NCBI RefSeq assembly: GCF_030013595.1
Contig: NZ_CP122768.1
Source: Escherichia coli
GTDB lineage: Bacteria > Pseudomonadota > Gammaproteobacteria > Enterobacterales > Enterobacteriaceae
DNA length: 64,000 bases
Direction: 5' to 3' (one strand)
Both the position numbers and the translations under genes were made by a program. Shown one piece after another: positions 42,641 to 59,282 of this stretch. The notes below the pieces were generated by a model, which saw nothing but the letters and a program-made list of their open reading frames with translations, ran no database searches and was not told where the DNA came from. Within the stretch, counting starts at the first letter, position 1, and each line of letters begins with the position of its first letter.

Positions 42641-43182
42641 ACAAACTGAAGAAATATCAATGTATCAGGGTGCAAACCTTTCTGTTGTGCGGTGTGCTGG
42701 TGCTGGCGAGTCATTCAGCACTGGCAGCTAATAATTTGCATTTTTACGGCAACCTGATGAGCAAAACCTGTACTCCGGTGGAACAGGCTGGAACGTTGGC
42801 AGAGGTACAGTTTGCGAATATTAGCCACAAAGATTTGATGGTGCGCGGTCAGTCCGATCGTGTACCGGTGGTTTTTCGCCTGAAAGATTGCCGTGGGCCA
42901 GCGCAGTACAGCGTAAAAGTTACCCTGACCGGAACAGAAGACAGTGGGCAACCGGGATTCCTCGCTCTGGATGGTACCTCCGGCGCACAGGGCGTAGGCA
43001 TTGGTATGGAAACTACTGATGGTACTGCTGTTGCTATTAATAACACGACGGGAGTGACCTTTGTGCTGAATGATGGCAATAACAGTCTTAATTTCAGAGC
43101 ATGGTTACAGGCAAAAGAGGGGCGTGATGTAACACCTGGTGATTTTACCGCCCAGTTAACCGCAACGTTTGAGTATATTTAA
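42637..43182 (+). CDS. yfcP: Fimbrial subunit (YfcP-like)
   Basis: 181 aa, signal peptide, fimbrial subunit features, synteny. Confidence 0.7.
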   Translation: MNKLKKYQCIRVQTFLLCGVLVLASHSALAANNLHFYGNLMSKTCTPVEQAGTLAEVQFANISHKDLMVRGQSDRVPVVFRLKDCRGPAQYSVKVTLTGTEDSGQPGFLALDGTSGAQGVGIGMETTDGTAVAINNTTGVTFVLNDGNNSLNFRAWLQAKEGRDVTPGDFTAQLTATFEYI

Positions 43183-44047
43183 GATGAAAATAATGCGCTG
43201 GATTTTGGGCCTGCTGATATCACTTTTCTTCAGTACAGCAGTTCAGGCGAATGTCATTGTTGCAACAATGTATACACCGATAGGGTATGCAAGCTACACA
43301 ACGAAGATAACTTATTATCTTGATGTTCTTACCCCCGATAGCGTCAATCACGGTGTTTATGAGACACCAAATAACACCGGTTTAATCACTGGATGGATAC
43401 CTTTGAAAAGCTGGACGGGACCTGGCCCTGCACCATCATTAAAAGTCATATCGATGACAGCGATATCACAATCATCTTGTCCGGGGCTTGCAGAGTATGA
43501 CAGCCGTGCGCAAAGGACGATGTGGACTTGTTATGAAATACGAATGGAAGTCTGGAAGGAAGACTCCAGCGTTCATGGCTGCCCGTGGCTGGTATCGACA
43601 CATGCAGATAGCATTGATCTTATTGATCCTGCTCCGGGAACCTATTCCGGACGCACAGTCAGTAACTCTTCTTGTCCACCTATACCGTTAGGGCCTTATG
43701 ATGTCTCCTGGAATGAAAGTCGGGTTGTGCATGATAAGACGTTAGCGCTCCAGTCTACCGGCGGGATAATTGAAAAAACGCTCTCCACCTACCTGATGAA
43801 AGACGGCAAACTGTGTGACGGCAGCAAATTTGGTGATACTGACGATCGTGGTGCTTATTGTCGTTGGGTGTCGCAGATGCTCACCTTCACCTCATCGGGC
43901 TGTGACAATGCCAAAGTGACGGTAACACCAAATCGTCACCCCATTACCGACAAAGAGCTTCATGATATGGTGCTTCGCGTGGATACCACCTCGCGGCAAC
44001 CTATTGATTCTACCTGTCGATTCCAGTACGTGCTGAATATGCTGTAG
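43169..44047 (+). CDS. yfcO: Putative fimbrial tip adhesin-like protein (YfcO-like)
   Basis: 292 aa Cys-containing secreted protein at the operon end. Confidence 0.65.
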   Translation: MSIFKMKIMRWILGLLISLFFSTAVQANVIVATMYTPIGYASYTTKITYYLDVLTPDSVNHGVYETPNNTGLITGWIPLKSWTGPGPAPSLKVISMTAISQSSCPGLAEYDSRAQRTMWTCYEIRMEVWKEDSSVHGCPWLVSTHADSIDLIDPAPGTYSGRTVSNSSCPPIPLGPYDVSWNESRVVHDKTLALQSTGGIIEKTLSTYLMKDGKLCDGSKFGDTDDRGAYCRWVSQMLTFTSSGCDNAKVTVTPNRHPITDKELHDMVLRVDTTSRQPIDSTCRFQYVLNML

Positions 44048-44067
44048 TAGTTCGTCGTTGTGCACTG

Positions 44068-44104
44068 ATGCCTGATGCGACGCTGAAGCGTCTTATCAGG
44101 CATT
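44068..44104. repeat. REP (repetitive extragenic palindromic) element
   Basis: gcctgatgcgacgctgaagcgtcttatcaggc imperfect palindrome typical of E. coli REP. Confidence 0.8.
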
Positions 44105-44116
44105 CGATGCCAGCAT

Positions 44117-44668
44117 TCACGGTAATTCCGGTGGCAACCACTCATCCACTTCAATCAACACCAGCAATGCCGCATCACCACCGTACTCTTTTGGTGCCTG
44201 GTGAAATGCCATCACATGCGGATGTTGCGCCAGCCACAGCGGCGTTTGCTGCTTCAAAATATGCTTCCCATGACCATGCATCACGCAGGCACAAAACACA
44301 TGTTCGCGGCGACAGGCGGCAATCAATGCACCTAACTCCTGCTTGGCTTGCAGCTGCGTCAAACCGTGCAAATCCAAAAACAGCTCCGGTGAATAATCGC
44401 CACGGCGTAACTTCTTCGCCTCAAAATGGCTTACATCTGGGCGAACATATTTCACCGGACCTTCGGTATTCAACAACGGCTGAAACTCATCGGAAAAATA
44501 ATGGCTGGCATCGGCCTGCTCCTGAATCAACCGCTTTACTGGCACTTCGCTGATTTTCTTACGCTGCGGTCGGTGGACAATCGTGTCCTGCTTAATCTTG
44601 CGAGTCCCCGCCATCAACTGGCGAAACAGCGCCTGGTCCTCCTCGCTAAGTGTTGTTTTCTTTTTCAT
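44117..44668 (-). CDS. smrB: Ribosome rescue endonuclease SmrB
   Basis: 183 aa with C-terminal Smr domain; synteny with prmB. Confidence 0.9.
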
Positions 44669-44833
44669 TTATCTGTCTCTATTTCTAATTTTCCTACAGT
44701 TTACCCGACTCGTAGCGCAATCGATCGTTTTAAACGTATTTTTCCTCACTCACCGCGCGTGAATGCTGATTTATCGTCATCTTCATGGCAAACTAGCCGC
44801 CGAAATTATTGCGATCATGCCCTGGAGGAATAC

Positions 44834-45766
44834 GTGGATAAAATTTTCGTTGATGAAGCAGTAAATGAGCTGCAAACCATTCAGGACATGTTGCGCTGGT
44901 CGGTGAGCCGCTTCAGCGCGGCAAATATCTGGTACGGTCACGGCACCGATAACCCGTGGGATGAAGCCGTACAGCTGGTGTTGCCTTCGCTCTACCTGCC
45001 GCTGGATATCCCGGAAGATATGCGCACCGCGCGTCTGACCTCCAGCGAAAAACACCGTATTGTTGAACGCGTGATCCGCCGCGTCAATGAACGCATTCCG
45101 GTGGCTTACCTGACTAACAAAGCGTGGTTCTGCGGTCATGAATTTTACGTCGATGAACGCGTGCTGGTGCCGCGCTCGCCGATTGGTGAACTGATCAACA
45201 ATAAATTTGCCGGACTTATCAGCAAGCAACCGCAGCACATTCTGGATATGTGTACCGGTAGCGGCTGCATTGCGATTGCCTGTGCTTATGCTTTCCCGGA
45301 AGCGGAAGTCGATGCGGTAGATATCTCTCCCGACGCGCTGGCGGTTGCTGAACAGAACATCGAAGAACACGGTCTGATCCACAACGTCATCCCGATTCGC
45401 TCCGATCTGTTCCGTGATTTGCCGAAAGTACAGTACGACCTGATTGTCACTAACCCGCCGTATGTCGATGCGGAAGATATGTCCGACCTGCCAAATGAGT
45501 ACCGTCACGAGCCGGAACTGGGCCTGGCATCTGGCACCGACGGCCTGAAACTGACGCGTCGCATTCTCGGTAACGCGGCAGATTATCTTGCTGATGATGG
45601 CGTGCTGATTTGTGAAGTCGGCAACAGCATGGTACATCTTATGGAACAATATCCGGATGTTCCGTTCACCTGGCTGGAGTTTGATAACGGCGGCGATGGT
45701 GTGTTTATGCTCACCAAAGAGCAGCTGCTGGCGGCCCGTGAACATTTCGCGATTTATAAAGATTAA
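44834..45766 (+). CDS. prmB: Ribosomal protein uL3 glutamine methyltransferase PrmB
   Basis: 310 aa from GTG start ([13 protein letters not shown]...); NPPY motif; the longer ORF-track start would overlap smrB. Confidence 0.85.
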   Translation: MDKIFVDEAVNELQTIQDMLRWSVSRFSAANIWYGHGTDNPWDEAVQLVLPSLYLPLDIPEDMRTARLTSSEKHRIVERVIRRVNERIPVAYLTNKAWFCGHEFYVDERVLVPRSPIGELINNKFAGLISKQPQHILDMCTGSGCIAIACAYAFPEAEVDAVDISPDALAVAEQNIEEHGLIHNVIPIRSDLFRDLPKVQYDLIVTNPPYVDAEDMSDLPNEYRHEPELGLASGTDGLKLTRRILGNAADYLADDGVLICEVGNSMVHLMEQYPDVPFTWLEFDNGGDGVFMLTKEQLLAAREHFAIYKD

Positions 45767-45800
45767 GTAAACACGCAAACACAACAATAACGGAGCCGTG

Positions 45801-46886
45801 ATGGCTGGAAACACAATTGGACAACTCTTTCGCGTAACCACCTTCGGCGAATCGCACGGGCTGGCGCTCGGCTGCATCGTCGATGGTGTTCCGCCAGGCA
45901 TTCCGCTGACGGAAGCGGACCTGCAACATGACCTTGATCGTCGTCGCCCTGGGACATCGCGCTATACCACCCAGCGCCGCGAGCCGGATCAGGTCAAAAT
46001 ACTCTCCGGTGTTTTTGAAGGTGTTACTACCGGCACCAGCATTGGCTTGTTGATCGAAAATACCGACCAGCGTTCTCAGGATTACAGCGCCATTAAAGAC
46101 GTTTTCCGTCCAGGCCATGCCGATTACACCTACGAACAAAAATACGGCCTGCGCGATTATCGCGGCGGTGGACGTTCTTCCGCCCGCGAAACCGCCATGC
46201 GCGTGGCGGCGGGGGCGATTGCCAAAAAATATCTCGCCGAGAAATTTGGCATTGAGATTCGCGGCTGCCTGACCCAGATGGGCGACATTCCGCTGGAAAT
46301 CAAAGACTGGTCGCAGGTCGAGCAAAATCCGTTTTTCTGCCCGGACCCGGACAAAATCGACGCGTTAGATGAACTGATGCGCGCGCTGAAAAAAGAGGGC
46401 AACTCCATCGGCGCGAAAGTCACCGTCGTTGTCAGTGGCGTACCCGCCGGACTTGGCGAGCCGGTCTTTGACCGCCTGGATGCCGACATCGCCCATGCGC
46501 TGATGAGCATCAACGCGGTGAAAGGCGTAGAAATTGGTGATGGTTTTGACGTGGTAGCGCTGCGTGGCAGCCAGAACCGCGACGAAATCACCAAAGACGG
46601 TTTCCAGAGCAACCATGCAGGCGGCATTCTTGGCGGTATCAGCAGCGGACAGCAAATCATTGCCCATATGGCGCTGAAACCGACCTCCAGCATTACCGTG
46701 CCAGGGCGCACAATCAACCGCTTTGGCGAAGAAGTTGAGATGATCACCAAAGGCCGTCACGATCCTTGTGTCGGGATCCGTGCGGTGCCGATCGCAGAAG
46801 CGATGCTGGCGATCGTTTTGATGGATCACCTGTTACGGCAACGGGCGCAAAATGCCGATGTGAAGACTGATATTCCACGCTGGTAA
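45801..46886 (+). CDS. aroC: Chorismate synthase AroC
   Basis: Start [20 protein letters not shown]; 361 aa. Confidence 0.9.
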   Translation: MAGNTIGQLFRVTTFGESHGLALGCIVDGVPPGIPLTEADLQHDLDRRRPGTSRYTTQRREPDQVKILSGVFEGVTTGTSIGLLIENTDQRSQDYSAIKDVFRPGHADYTYEQKYGLRDYRGGGRSSARETAMRVAAGAIAKKYLAEKFGIEIRGCLTQMGDIPLEIKDWSQVEQNPFFCPDPDKIDALDELMRALKKEGNSIGAKVTVVVSGVPAGLGEPVFDRLDADIAHALMSINAVKGVEIGDGFDVVALRGSQNRDEITKDGFQSNHAGGILGGISSGQQIIAHMALKPTSSITVPGRTINRFGEEVEMITKGRHDPCVGIRAVPIAEAMLAIVLMDHLLRQRAQNADVKTDIPRW

Positions 46887-46889
46887 AAA

Positions 46890-47714
46890 ATGAACAAAAC
46901 CGCGATTGCGCTGCTGGCCCTGCTTGCCAGTAGCGCCAGCCTGGCAGCGACGCCGTGGCAAAAAATAACCCAACCTGTGCCGGGTAGCGCACAATCGATA
47001 GGCAGTTTTTCTAATGGTTGTATCGTCGGCGCTGACACGCTGCCGATACAGTCCGAACATTATCAGGTCATGCGTACCGATCAGCGCCGCTATTTCGGAC
47101 ACCCGGATCTGGTGATGTTTATCCAGCGTCTGAGTAGCCAGGTGAGCAATCTGGGCTTGGGCACGGTGCTGATTGGCGATATGGGGATGCCTGCTGGTGG
47201 TCGTTTCAACGGCGGTCACGCCAGCCACCAGACCGGACTGGATGTTGATATCTTCCTGCAACTGCCAAAAACACGCTGGACCTCCGCGCAGCTCTTGCGC
47301 CCGCAAGCGTTAGATTTAGTTTCCCGCGACGGTAAACACGTTGTTCCGACGCTGTGGAAGCCGGAAATTTTCAGCTTGATCAAACTCGCCGCCCAGGACA
47401 AAGACGTCACGCGTATTTTTGTTAATCCGGCGATTAAACAACAACTTTGCCTTGATGCGGGCACCGATCGCGACTGGTTGCGCAAAGTGCGACCCTGGTT
47501 CCAGCATCGCGCGCATATGCATGTACGATTACGTTGTCCTGCCGATAGTCTGGAGTGTGAAGATCAACCTTTACCGCCACCAGGCGATGGTTGCGGGGCA
47601 GAACTGCAAAGCTGGTTTGAACCTCCAAAACCGGGAACAACAAAGCCTGAGAAGAAGACACCGCCTCCGTTGCCGCCTTCCTGCCAGGCGCTACTGGATG
47701 AGCACGTGATCTAA
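46890..47714 (+). CDS. mepA: Penicillin-insensitive murein DD-endopeptidase MepA
   Basis: 274 aa with signal peptide; synteny. Confidence 0.9.
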   Translation: MNKTAIALLALLASSASLAATPWQKITQPVPGSAQSIGSFSNGCIVGADTLPIQSEHYQVMRTDQRRYFGHPDLVMFIQRLSSQVSNLGLGTVLIGDMGMPAGGRFNGGHASHQTGLDVDIFLQLPKTRWTSAQLLRPQALDLVSRDGKHVVPTLWKPEIFSLIKLAAQDKDVTRIFVNPAIKQQLCLDAGTDRDWLRKVRPWFQHRAHMHVRLRCPADSLECEDQPLPPPGDGCGAELQSWFEPPKPGTTKPEKKTPPPLPPSCQALLDEHVI

Positions 47715-48523
47715 TGGAAACGTTTAATAGCCTGTTTATGGTTTCCCCGCTGTTGCTGGGAGTTCTCTTTTTTGTCGCCATGCTGGCGGGATTTATCGAC
47801 TCGATTGCCGGTGGCGGTGGGTTACTCACCATTCCGGCATTGATGGCAGCGGGGATGTCTCCCGCTAATGCGCTGGCAACCAATAAACTGCAAGCCTGCG
47901 GCGGCTCTATTTCCGCCACTATCTACTTTATTCGCCGCAAAGTGGTTAGTTTAAGCGATCAGAAACTCAATATTGCCATGACCTTTGTCGGCTCAATGAG
48001 CGGCGCACTGTTGGTACAGTACGTTCAGGCTGATGTCTTACGGCAGATTTTGCCCATTCTGGTGATTTGTATCGGCCTCTATTTCTTGCTGATGCCAAAG
48101 CTGGGTGAAGAAGATCGCCAGCGCCGGATGTACGGTTTACCCTTCGCGTTAATTGCCGGTGGCTGCGTCGGTTTTTATGACGGATTCTTTGGTCCGGCAG
48201 CCGGATCGTTTTACGCGCTGGCCTTTGTTACGCTGTGCGGATTCAACCTCGCCAAAGCCACGGCTCACGCCAAATTACTCAACGCAACGTCAAATATCGG
48301 CGGTTTACTGCTGTTTATTCTCGGTGGCAAAGTGATTTGGGCGACAGGATTCGTGATGCTGGTGGGGCAGTTCCTCGGCGCGCGCATGGGTTCACGACTG
48401 GTGTTGAGCAAAGGACAAAAGCTGATCCGCCCGATGATTGTTATTGTCTCAGCGGTGATGAGTGCCAAATTACTTTACGATAGCCACGGACAGGAGATCC
48501 TCCACTGGTTGGGGATGAACTAA
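47714..48523 (+). CDS. yfcA: TauE/SafE-family inner membrane transporter YfcA
   Basis: 269 aa polytopic membrane protein; synteny. Confidence 0.85.
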   Translation: METFNSLFMVSPLLLGVLFFVAMLAGFIDSIAGGGGLLTIPALMAAGMSPANALATNKLQACGGSISATIYFIRRKVVSLSDQKLNIAMTFVGSMSGALLVQYVQADVLRQILPILVICIGLYFLLMPKLGEEDRQRRMYGLPFALIAGGCVGFYDGFFGPAAGSFYALAFVTLCGFNLAKATAHAKLLNATSNIGGLLLFILGGKVIWATGFVMLVGQFLGARMGSRLVLSKGQKLIRPMIVIVSAVMSAKLLYDSHGQEILHWLGMN

Positions 48524-49071
48524 TGAACAGTACACACCACTATGAGCAGTTGATTGAAATTTTTAATAGCTGCTTTGCCGATGAATTTAATACCCGTCTG
48601 ATTAAAGGCGACGACGAACCGATCTATCTTCCTGCTGATGCGGAAGTACCATATAACCGAATCGTCTTTGCTCATGGCTTTTATGCCAGCGCAATTCATG
48701 AGATTTCGCACTGGTGTATTGCCGGGAAAGCGCGTCGTGAGCAGATTGATTTCGGCTACTGGTATTGCCCGGACGGTCGCGATGCCCAGACGCAAAGCCA
48801 GTTTGAAGATGTTGAAGTGAAGCCGCAGGCGCTCGACTGGTTGTTCTGCGTGGCGGCGGGATATCCGTTTAACGTCAGTTGCGACAATCTGGAAGGGGAT
48901 TTCGAACCGGACCGCGTGGTGTTTCAACGGCGGGTACATGCGCAGGTGATGGATTACCTGGCAAACGGCATTCCTGAACGCCCGGCACGCTTCATTAAAG
49001 CACTACAAAATTATTATCACACGCCGGAACTTACGGCGGAACAGTTCCCGTGGCCGGAAGCGCTCAACTAA
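48523..49071 (+). CDS. epmC: EF-P hydroxylase EpmC (YfcM)
   Basis: 182 aa; synteny. Confidence 0.85.
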   Translation: MNSTHHYEQLIEIFNSCFADEFNTRLIKGDDEPIYLPADAEVPYNRIVFAHGFYASAIHEISHWCIAGKARREQIDFGYWYCPDGRDAQTQSQFEDVEVKPQALDWLFCVAAGYPFNVSCDNLEGDFEPDRVVFQRRVHAQVMDYLANGIPERPARFIKALQNYYHTPELTAEQFPWPEALN

Positions 49072-49104
49072 AGCCAGCGCCACGTTTTACAATGAGGAAA
49101 GAAG

Positions 49105-49383
49105 ATGATCGCGGAGTTTGAATCACGCATTCTGGCATTAATCGACGGTATGGTTGACCATGCCAGTGATGATGAGTTGTTTGCCAGTGGGTATTTGCGT
49201 GGCCACCTGACATTAGCCATCGCAGAACTGGAAAGTGGTGATGACCACTCCGCCCAGGCGGTACATACGACCGTTAGCCAGAGTCTGGAAAAAGCCATTG
49301 GTGCCGGTGAGTTGTCGCCGCGTGACCAGGCGCTGGTGACCGATATGTGGGAAAACCTGTTTCAGCAGGCGTCACAGCAGTAA
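49105..49383 (+). CDS. yfcL: Uncharacterised protein YfcL
   Basis: 92 aa; synteny. Confidence 0.8.
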
Positions 49384-49390
49384 GTAATGT

Positions 49391-49420
49391 GCCGGATGCG
49401 GCGTTCACGCCATATCCGGC
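49391..49420. repeat. REP element
   Basis: gccggatgcggcgttcacgccatatccggc palindromic REP-type sequence. Confidence 0.75.
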
Positions 49421-49438
49421 AAGCAATGCCAGAGCAGA

Positions 49439-51511
<2,073 letters not shown>

Positions 51512-51603
51512 CTATTAATTGGCTGATCGGACTTGTTCGGCGTACAAGTGTACGCTATTGTGCATTCGAAACTTACTCTATGTGCGACTTACAGAGGTAT
51601 TGA

Positions 51604-52824
51604 ATGAAACGTGCAGTGATTACTGGCCTGGGCATTGTTTCCAGCATCGGTAATAACCAGCAGGAAGTCCTGGCATCTCTGCGTGAAGGACGTTCAGGGA
51701 TCACTTTCTCTCAGGAGCTGAAGGATTCCGGCATGCGTAGCCACGTCTGGGGCAACGTAAAACTGGATACCACTGGCCTCATTGACCGCAAAGTTGTGCG
51801 CTTTATGAGCGACGCATCCATTTATGCATTCCTTTCTATGGAGCAGGCAATCGCAGATGCTGGCCTCTCCCCGGAAGCTTACCAGAATAACCCGCGCGTT
51901 GGCCTGATTGCAGGTTCCGGCGGCGGTTCCCCGCGTTTCCAGGTCTTCGGCGCGGACGCAATGCGCGGCCCGCGCGGCCTGAAAGCGGTTGGCCCGTATG
52001 TGGTCACCAAAGCGATGGCATCTGGCGTTTCTGCCTGCCTCGCCACGCCGTTTAAAATTCACGGCGTTAACTACTCCATCAGCTCCGCGTGTGCGACCTC
52101 CGCACACTGTATCGGTAACGCAGTAGAGCAGATCCAACTGGGCAAACAGGACATCGTGTTTGCTGGTGGCGGCGAAGAGCTGTGCTGGGAAATGGCTTGT
52201 GAATTCGACGCGATGGGTGCGCTGTCTACCAAATACAACGACACCCCGGAAAAAGCCTCCCGTACTTATGACGCTCACCGTGACGGTTTCGTTATCGCTG
52301 GCGGCGGCGGTATGGTAGTGGTTGAAGAGCTGGAACACGCGTTGGCACGTGGTGCTCATATCTACGCTGAAATCGTTGGCTACGGCGCAACGTCTGATGG
52401 CGCAGACATGGTTGCTCCGTCTGGCGAAGGCGCAGTGCGTTGCATGAAGATGGCGATGCACGGTGTTGATACCCCAATCGACTACCTGAACTCCCACGGT
52501 ACTTCGACTCCGGTTGGCGACGTGAAAGAGCTGGCGGCTATCCGTGAAGTGTTCGGCGATAAGAGCCCGGCGATTTCTGCAACCAAAGCAATGACCGGTC
52601 ACTCTCTGGGCGCTGCTGGCGTACAGGAAGCTATCTACTCTCTGCTGATGCTGGAACACGGCTTTATCGCCCCGAGCATCAACATTGAAGAGCTGGACGA
52701 GCAGGCTGCGGGTCTGAACATCGTGACCGAAACGACCGATCGCGAACTGACCACCGTTATGTCTAACAGCTTCGGCTTCGGCGGCACCAACGCCACGCTG
52801 GTAATGCGCAAGCTGAAAGATTAA
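51604..52824 (+). CDS. fabB: 3-oxoacyl-ACP synthase I FabB
   Basis: 406 aa beta-ketoacyl synthase; synteny. Confidence 0.95.
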
Positions 52825-52830
52825 TTCGCA

Positions 52831-52866
52831 GTAGGTCGGATAGGACGCGTCAGCGTCGCATCCGAC
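52831..52866. repeat. REP element
   Basis: gtaggtcggataggacgcgtcagcgtcgcatccgac palindromic REP-type sequence. Confidence 0.75.
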
Positions 52867-53085
52867 GATATGCGGCAATGCTGCCTCCGGTACTAAAGAA
52901 TAAGGGAACCTGATGGTTCCCTTTTTCACATTATTGACAATCGCCGCCTGTTCCAGGCAAACTTCCCGCTTTGTCGATTTCCTTCTGAAAAGACGTACGC
53001 GTTAAATCCTGCCAACGCACCGTAACCCTGAAACCAGAGAGATGAGACGGGGAAATTCCTCGCCTTGCGCTGCATTCTGGAGTAA

Positions 53086-55259
<2,174 letters not shown>

Positions 55260-55357
55260 TACGTATCCTTATACCTGAAATCTTCGCAAGTATGCCTGGC
55301 CGCGAGATTATGGCACACTTGTCCGGTTAACTCTCGTCTCATACAGGTAACACAAAC

Positions 55358-56494
55358 GTGAAAATCCTTGTTGATGAAAATATGCCTTATGCCCGCGACT
55401 TATTTAGCCGTTTGGGTGAGGTGACCGCGGTTCCCGGGCGTCCAATTCCCGTGGCTCAACTGGCAGACGCGGATGCGATGATGGTGCGTTCGGTCACGAA
55501 AGTGAATGAATCTTTGCTGGCAGGAAAACCCATTAAATTTGTTGGCACTGCCACCGCGGGGACCGACCATGTCGATGAAGCGTGGTTAAAGCAGGCGGGA
55601 ATTGGTTTTTCCGCGGCACCTGGCTGTAATGCGATTGCGGTGGTGGAATATGTTTTCTCCTCACTGCTGATGCTTGCCGAACGCGATGGATTTTCACTGC
55701 ACGAGCGTACCGTGGGGATCGTGGGCGTTGGTAACGTTGGTCGCCGTTTACAGGCGCGACTGGAAGCGTTAGGGATTACAACCTTGCTTTGCGATCCGCC
55801 CCGCGCCGACCGTGGGGATGAGGGGGATTTCCGCTCGCTGGATGAATTAGTTCAGCATGCGGATATTCTGACTTTCCATACGCCACTCTTTAAAGATGGT
55901 CCGTACAAAACGCTGCATCTGGCGGATGAAAAACTGATCCGCAGCCTGAAGCCGGGAGCGATTCTGATTAACGCCTGCCGTGGCGCAGTTGTCGATAATA
56001 CCGCCCTGCTGACCTGCCTGAACGAAGGCCAGAAGTTAAGCGTAGTGCTGGATGTCTGGGAAGGCGAACCGGAACTTAACGTGGAATTGCTGAAAAAAGT
56101 GGATATCGGCACGCCGCATATCGCAGGCTATACCCTGGAAGGTAAAGCACGCGGTACTACGCAAGTGTTTGAAGCTTATAGCAAGTTTATTGGGCATGAA
56201 CAGCACGTTGCGCTGGATACATTACTGCCCGCGCCAGAGTTTGGTCGCATTACGCTGCATGGCCCGCTCGATCAGCCAACGCTGAAAAGGCTGGTGCATT
56301 TGGTGTATGATGTGCGCCGCGATGACGCACCGCTGCGTAAAGTCGCCGGGATACCGGGTGAGTTCGATAAACTGCGCAAAAACTATCTTGAGCGCCGTGA
56401 ATGGTCATCTCTGTATGTGATTTGTGATGACGCCAGCGCGGCATCATTGCTGTGTAAACTGGGTTTTAACGCCGTTCATCATCCGGCACGTTAA
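55358..56494 (+). CDS. pdxB: Erythronate-4-phosphate dehydrogenase PdxB
   Basis: 378 aa, GTG start, [16 protein letters not shown]...; 2-hydroxyacid dehydrogenase NAD-binding motif. Confidence 0.9.
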   Translation: MKILVDENMPYARDLFSRLGEVTAVPGRPIPVAQLADADAMMVRSVTKVNESLLAGKPIKFVGTATAGTDHVDEAWLKQAGIGFSAAPGCNAIAVVEYVFSSLLMLAERDGFSLHERTVGIVGVGNVGRRLQARLEALGITTLLCDPPRADRGDEGDFRSLDELVQHADILTFHTPLFKDGPYKTLHLADEKLIRSLKPGAILINACRGAVVDNTALLTCLNEGQKLSVVLDVWEGEPELNVELLKKVDIGTPHIAGYTLEGKARGTTQVFEAYSKFIGHEQHVALDTLLPAPEFGRITLHGPLDQPTLKRLVHLVYDVRRDDAPLRKVAGIPGEFDKLRKNYLERREWSSLYVICDDASAASLLCKLGFNAVHHPAR

Positions 56495-56559
56495 TCTCTT
56501 CTTCATGCTCTCTGCTGTAATATTGGCAGGGAGCTTTGCTATTTCTGGAGTAAACCACC

Positions 56560-57573
56560 ATGTCTGAAGGCTGGAACATTGCCGTCCTGGGCGCAACTGG
56601 CGCTGTGGGCGAAGCCCTGCTTGAAACGCTGGCTGAACGTCAGTTCCCGGTTGGGGAAATTTATGCACTGGCACGTAACGAAAGCGCAGGCGAACAACTG
56701 CGCTTTGGTGGTAAGACAATCACCGTGCAGGATGCTGCTGAATTCGACTGGACGCAGGCGCAGCTGGCGTTTTTTGTCGCAGGCAAAGAAGCTACCGCTG
56801 CCTGGGTTGAAGAAGCGACCAACTCAGGTTGTCTGGTGATCGACAGCAGCGGATTGTTTGCTCTCGAACCTGACGTACCGCTGGTGGTGCCGGAAGTAAA
56901 CCCGTTTGTACTGACCGATTACCGCAACCGGAATGTCATCGCCGTACCGGACAGTCTGACCAGCCAACTGCTGGCGGCACTGAAACCGTTAATCGATCAG
57001 GGCGGTTTGTCGCGTATCAGCGTTACCAGCCTGATTTCAGCCTCCGCCCAGGGCAAAAAAGCGGTCGATGCGTTAGCGGGGCAGAGTGCGAAATTACTCA
57101 ATGGCATTCCGATTGACGAAGAAGATTTCTTCGGGCGTCAGCTGGCATTCAATATGCTGCCGTTACTGCCGGATAGCGAAGGTAGCGTGCGTGAAGAACG
57201 TCGTATCGTTGACGAAGTACGCAAAATCCTGCAGGACGAAGGGCTGATGATTTCGGCAAGCGTCGTCCAGGCACCGGTATTCTATGGTCATGCCCAGATG
57301 GTCAACTTTGAAGCACTGCGTCCGCTGGCGGCAGAAGAAGCGCGTGATGCGTTTGCTCAGGGCGAAGATATTGTGCTCTCTGAAGAGAACGAATTCCCGA
57401 CTCAGGTGGGGGATGCTTCTGGTACGCCGCATCTTTCCGTTGGCTGCGTACGTAATGACTACGGTATGCCGGAGCAAGTCCAGTTCTGGTCGGTGGCCGA
57501 TAACGTTCGCTTTGGCGGCGCGCTGATGGCAGTAAAAATCGCCGAGAAACTGGTGCAGGAGTATCTGTACTAA
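56560..57573 (+). CDS. usg: Aspartate-semialdehyde dehydrogenase paralogue USG-1
   Basis: 337 aa; N-terminal NAD-binding GATGAVG; synteny. Confidence 0.9.
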   Translation: MSEGWNIAVLGATGAVGEALLETLAERQFPVGEIYALARNESAGEQLRFGGKTITVQDAAEFDWTQAQLAFFVAGKEATAAWVEEATNSGCLVIDSSGLFALEPDVPLVVPEVNPFVLTDYRNRNVIAVPDSLTSQLLAALKPLIDQGGLSRISVTSLISASAQGKKAVDALAGQSAKLLNGIPIDEEDFFGRQLAFNMLPLLPDSEGSVREERRIVDEVRKILQDEGLMISASVVQAPVFYGHAQMVNFEALRPLAAEEARDAFAQGEDIVLSEENEFPTQVGDASGTPHLSVGCVRNDYGMPEQVQFWSVADNVRFGGALMAVKIAEKLVQEYLY

Positions 57574-58385
57574 TGTCCGACCAGCAACAACCGCCAGTTT
57601 ATAAAATTGCGCTGGGCATTGAGTACGACGGCAGTAAGTATTACGGCTGGCAACGGCAGAACGAAGTCCGCAGTGTGCAGGAGAAGCTGGAAAAGGCGCT
57701 CTCCCAGGTGGCGAACGAACCGATCACCGTCTTCTGCGCCGGGCGTACTGACGCAGGTGTACACGGCACCGGGCAGGTTGTGCATTTCGAAACGACCGCG
57801 CAGCGCAAAGACGCTGCGTGGACGTTGGGCGTAAATGCGAATTTACCTGGTGACATCGCCGTGCGTTGGGTTAAAGCTGTACCTGATGATTTTCATGCCC
57901 GATTTAGCGCCACGGCTCGCCGTTATCGCTACATCATCTACAATCATCGGCTGCGCCCGGCGGTATTGAGTAAAGGGGTAACCCATTTTTACGAACCGCT
58001 GGACGCTGAACGGATGCATCGGGCTGCGCAATGTTTGCTGGGCGAGAATGATTTCACCTCGTTCCGTGCGGTGCAGTGTCAGTCCCGGACCCCGTGGCGC
58101 AACGTTATGCATATTAATGTCACGCGTCACGGTCCTTATGTGGTGGTAGATATCAAAGCGAATGCCTTTGTACATCATATGGTCAGGAATATTGTCGGCA
58201 GCCTGATGGAAGTCGGTGCCCACAACCAGCCGGAGAGCTGGATAGCAGAGTTGCTGGCGGCAAAGGACAGAACGCTGGCGGCAGCAACGGCAAAAGCGGA
58301 AGGGCTATATCTGGTCGCGGTGGATTACCCTGACCGATATGATCTTCCAAAACCGCCAATGGGCCCGCTATTTCTGGCGGACTAA
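57573..58385 (+). CDS. truA: tRNA pseudouridine(38-40) synthase TruA
   Basis: 270 aa; catalytic RTDAGVH motif. Confidence 0.9.
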   Translation: MSDQQQPPVYKIALGIEYDGSKYYGWQRQNEVRSVQEKLEKALSQVANEPITVFCAGRTDAGVHGTGQVVHFETTAQRKDAAWTLGVNANLPGDIAVRWVKAVPDDFHARFSATARRYRYIIYNHRLRPAVLSKGVTHFYEPLDAERMHRAAQCLLGENDFTSFRAVQCQSRTPWRNVMHINVTRHGPYVVVDIKANAFVHHMVRNIVGSLMEVGAHNQPESWIAELLAAKDRTLAAATAKAEGLYLVAVDYPDRYDLPKPPMGPLFLAD

Positions 58386-58467
58386 CGAGAATAATGCTCG
58401 GAACATTTCAGGCTGTAGCCAACGTAGTTACAGCCTGATAGATGACGAGTACAAGGCATAGGCAAAT

Positions 58468-59127
58468 ATGGACCTGATTTATTTCCTCATCTATTTTATC
58501 CTGCACATTGACGTGCATCTGGCAGAACTGGTCGCGGAGTATGGCGTCTGGGTTTATGCCATTTTGTTCTTAATTTTGTTCTGTGAAACCGGTCTGGTGG
58601 TAACGCCGTTTTTACCGGGTGATTCATTGCTGTTTGTTGCCGGTGCGTTGGCATCACTGGAAACCAACGATCTCAACGTCCATATGATGGTGGTGCTGAT
58701 GCTGATCGCCGCGATTGTGGGTGACGCGGTGAACTACACCATTGGACGGTTATTTGGTGACAAACTGTTCAGTAATCCGGATTCGAAAATCTTTCGTCGC
58801 AGTTATCTTGATAAGACTCATCAGTTTTACGAGAAACATGGCGGCAAAACGATTATTCTCGCCCGTTTTGTGCCGATCGTCAGAACGTTCGCGCCGTTCG
58901 TTGCGGGAATGGGCCACATGTCGTATCGTCATTTCGCCGCTTTTAACGTCATCGGCGCGTTGCTATGGGTACTGATTTTTACCTACGCGGGTTATTTCTT
59001 CGGAACGCTCCCCTTCATTCAGAGCAACCTTAAACTGATGATTGTTGGCATTATTTTTGTTTCAATATTGCCAGGTGTTTTCGAATTTATTCGCCACAAA
59101 CGCGCTGCGGCACGCGCCGCAAAATAA
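58468..59127 (+). CDS. dedA: DedA-family inner membrane protein
   Basis: 219 aa polytopic membrane protein; synteny. Confidence 0.9.
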   Translation: MDLIYFLIYFILHIDVHLAELVAEYGVWVYAILFLILFCETGLVVTPFLPGDSLLFVAGALASLETNDLNVHMMVVLMLIAAIVGDAVNYTIGRLFGDKLFSNPDSKIFRRSYLDKTHQFYEKHGGKTIILARFVPIVRTFAPFVAGMGHMSYRHFAAFNVIGALLWVLIFTYAGYFFGTLPFIQSNLKLMIVGIIFVSILPGVFEFIRHKRAAARAAK

Positions 59128-59282
59128 AAAGTAACTCCGCGGTTCGACCACTTTTTTATCCAAAGTTTCGGGCTGTTATGTTTTAATGTGCAACATTCAT
59201 GGTCTGTTGGGGGCAAAAATGGCATTATGCGTCCCCAAAGATAAAACTGGCATCGAACCAGGTTCAGACAGAAAGGTCCCTA

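Noticed and set aside
44426-44833. Upstream extension of the prmB ORF (446 aa in the ORF track)
   Set aside because: The extension would overlap the convergent smrB; the conserved PrmB N-terminus begins at the GTG at 44834
44783-45901. 372-aa ORF antisense to prmB, and 45711..46325 / 46157..46750 antisense to aroC
   Set aside because: Antisense to conserved housekeeping genes; low-complexity translations; no RBS context
51694-52929. 411-aa ORF antisense to fabB
   Set aside because: Overlaps the whole of the highly conserved fabB on the opposite strand; Arg/Ala-rich translation typical of antisense reading of a high-GC gene
59199-59282. Upstream extension of the accD ORF
   Set aside because: The conserved AccD N-terminus (MSWIERIK...) begins at the internal ATG at 59283; the extension has no support
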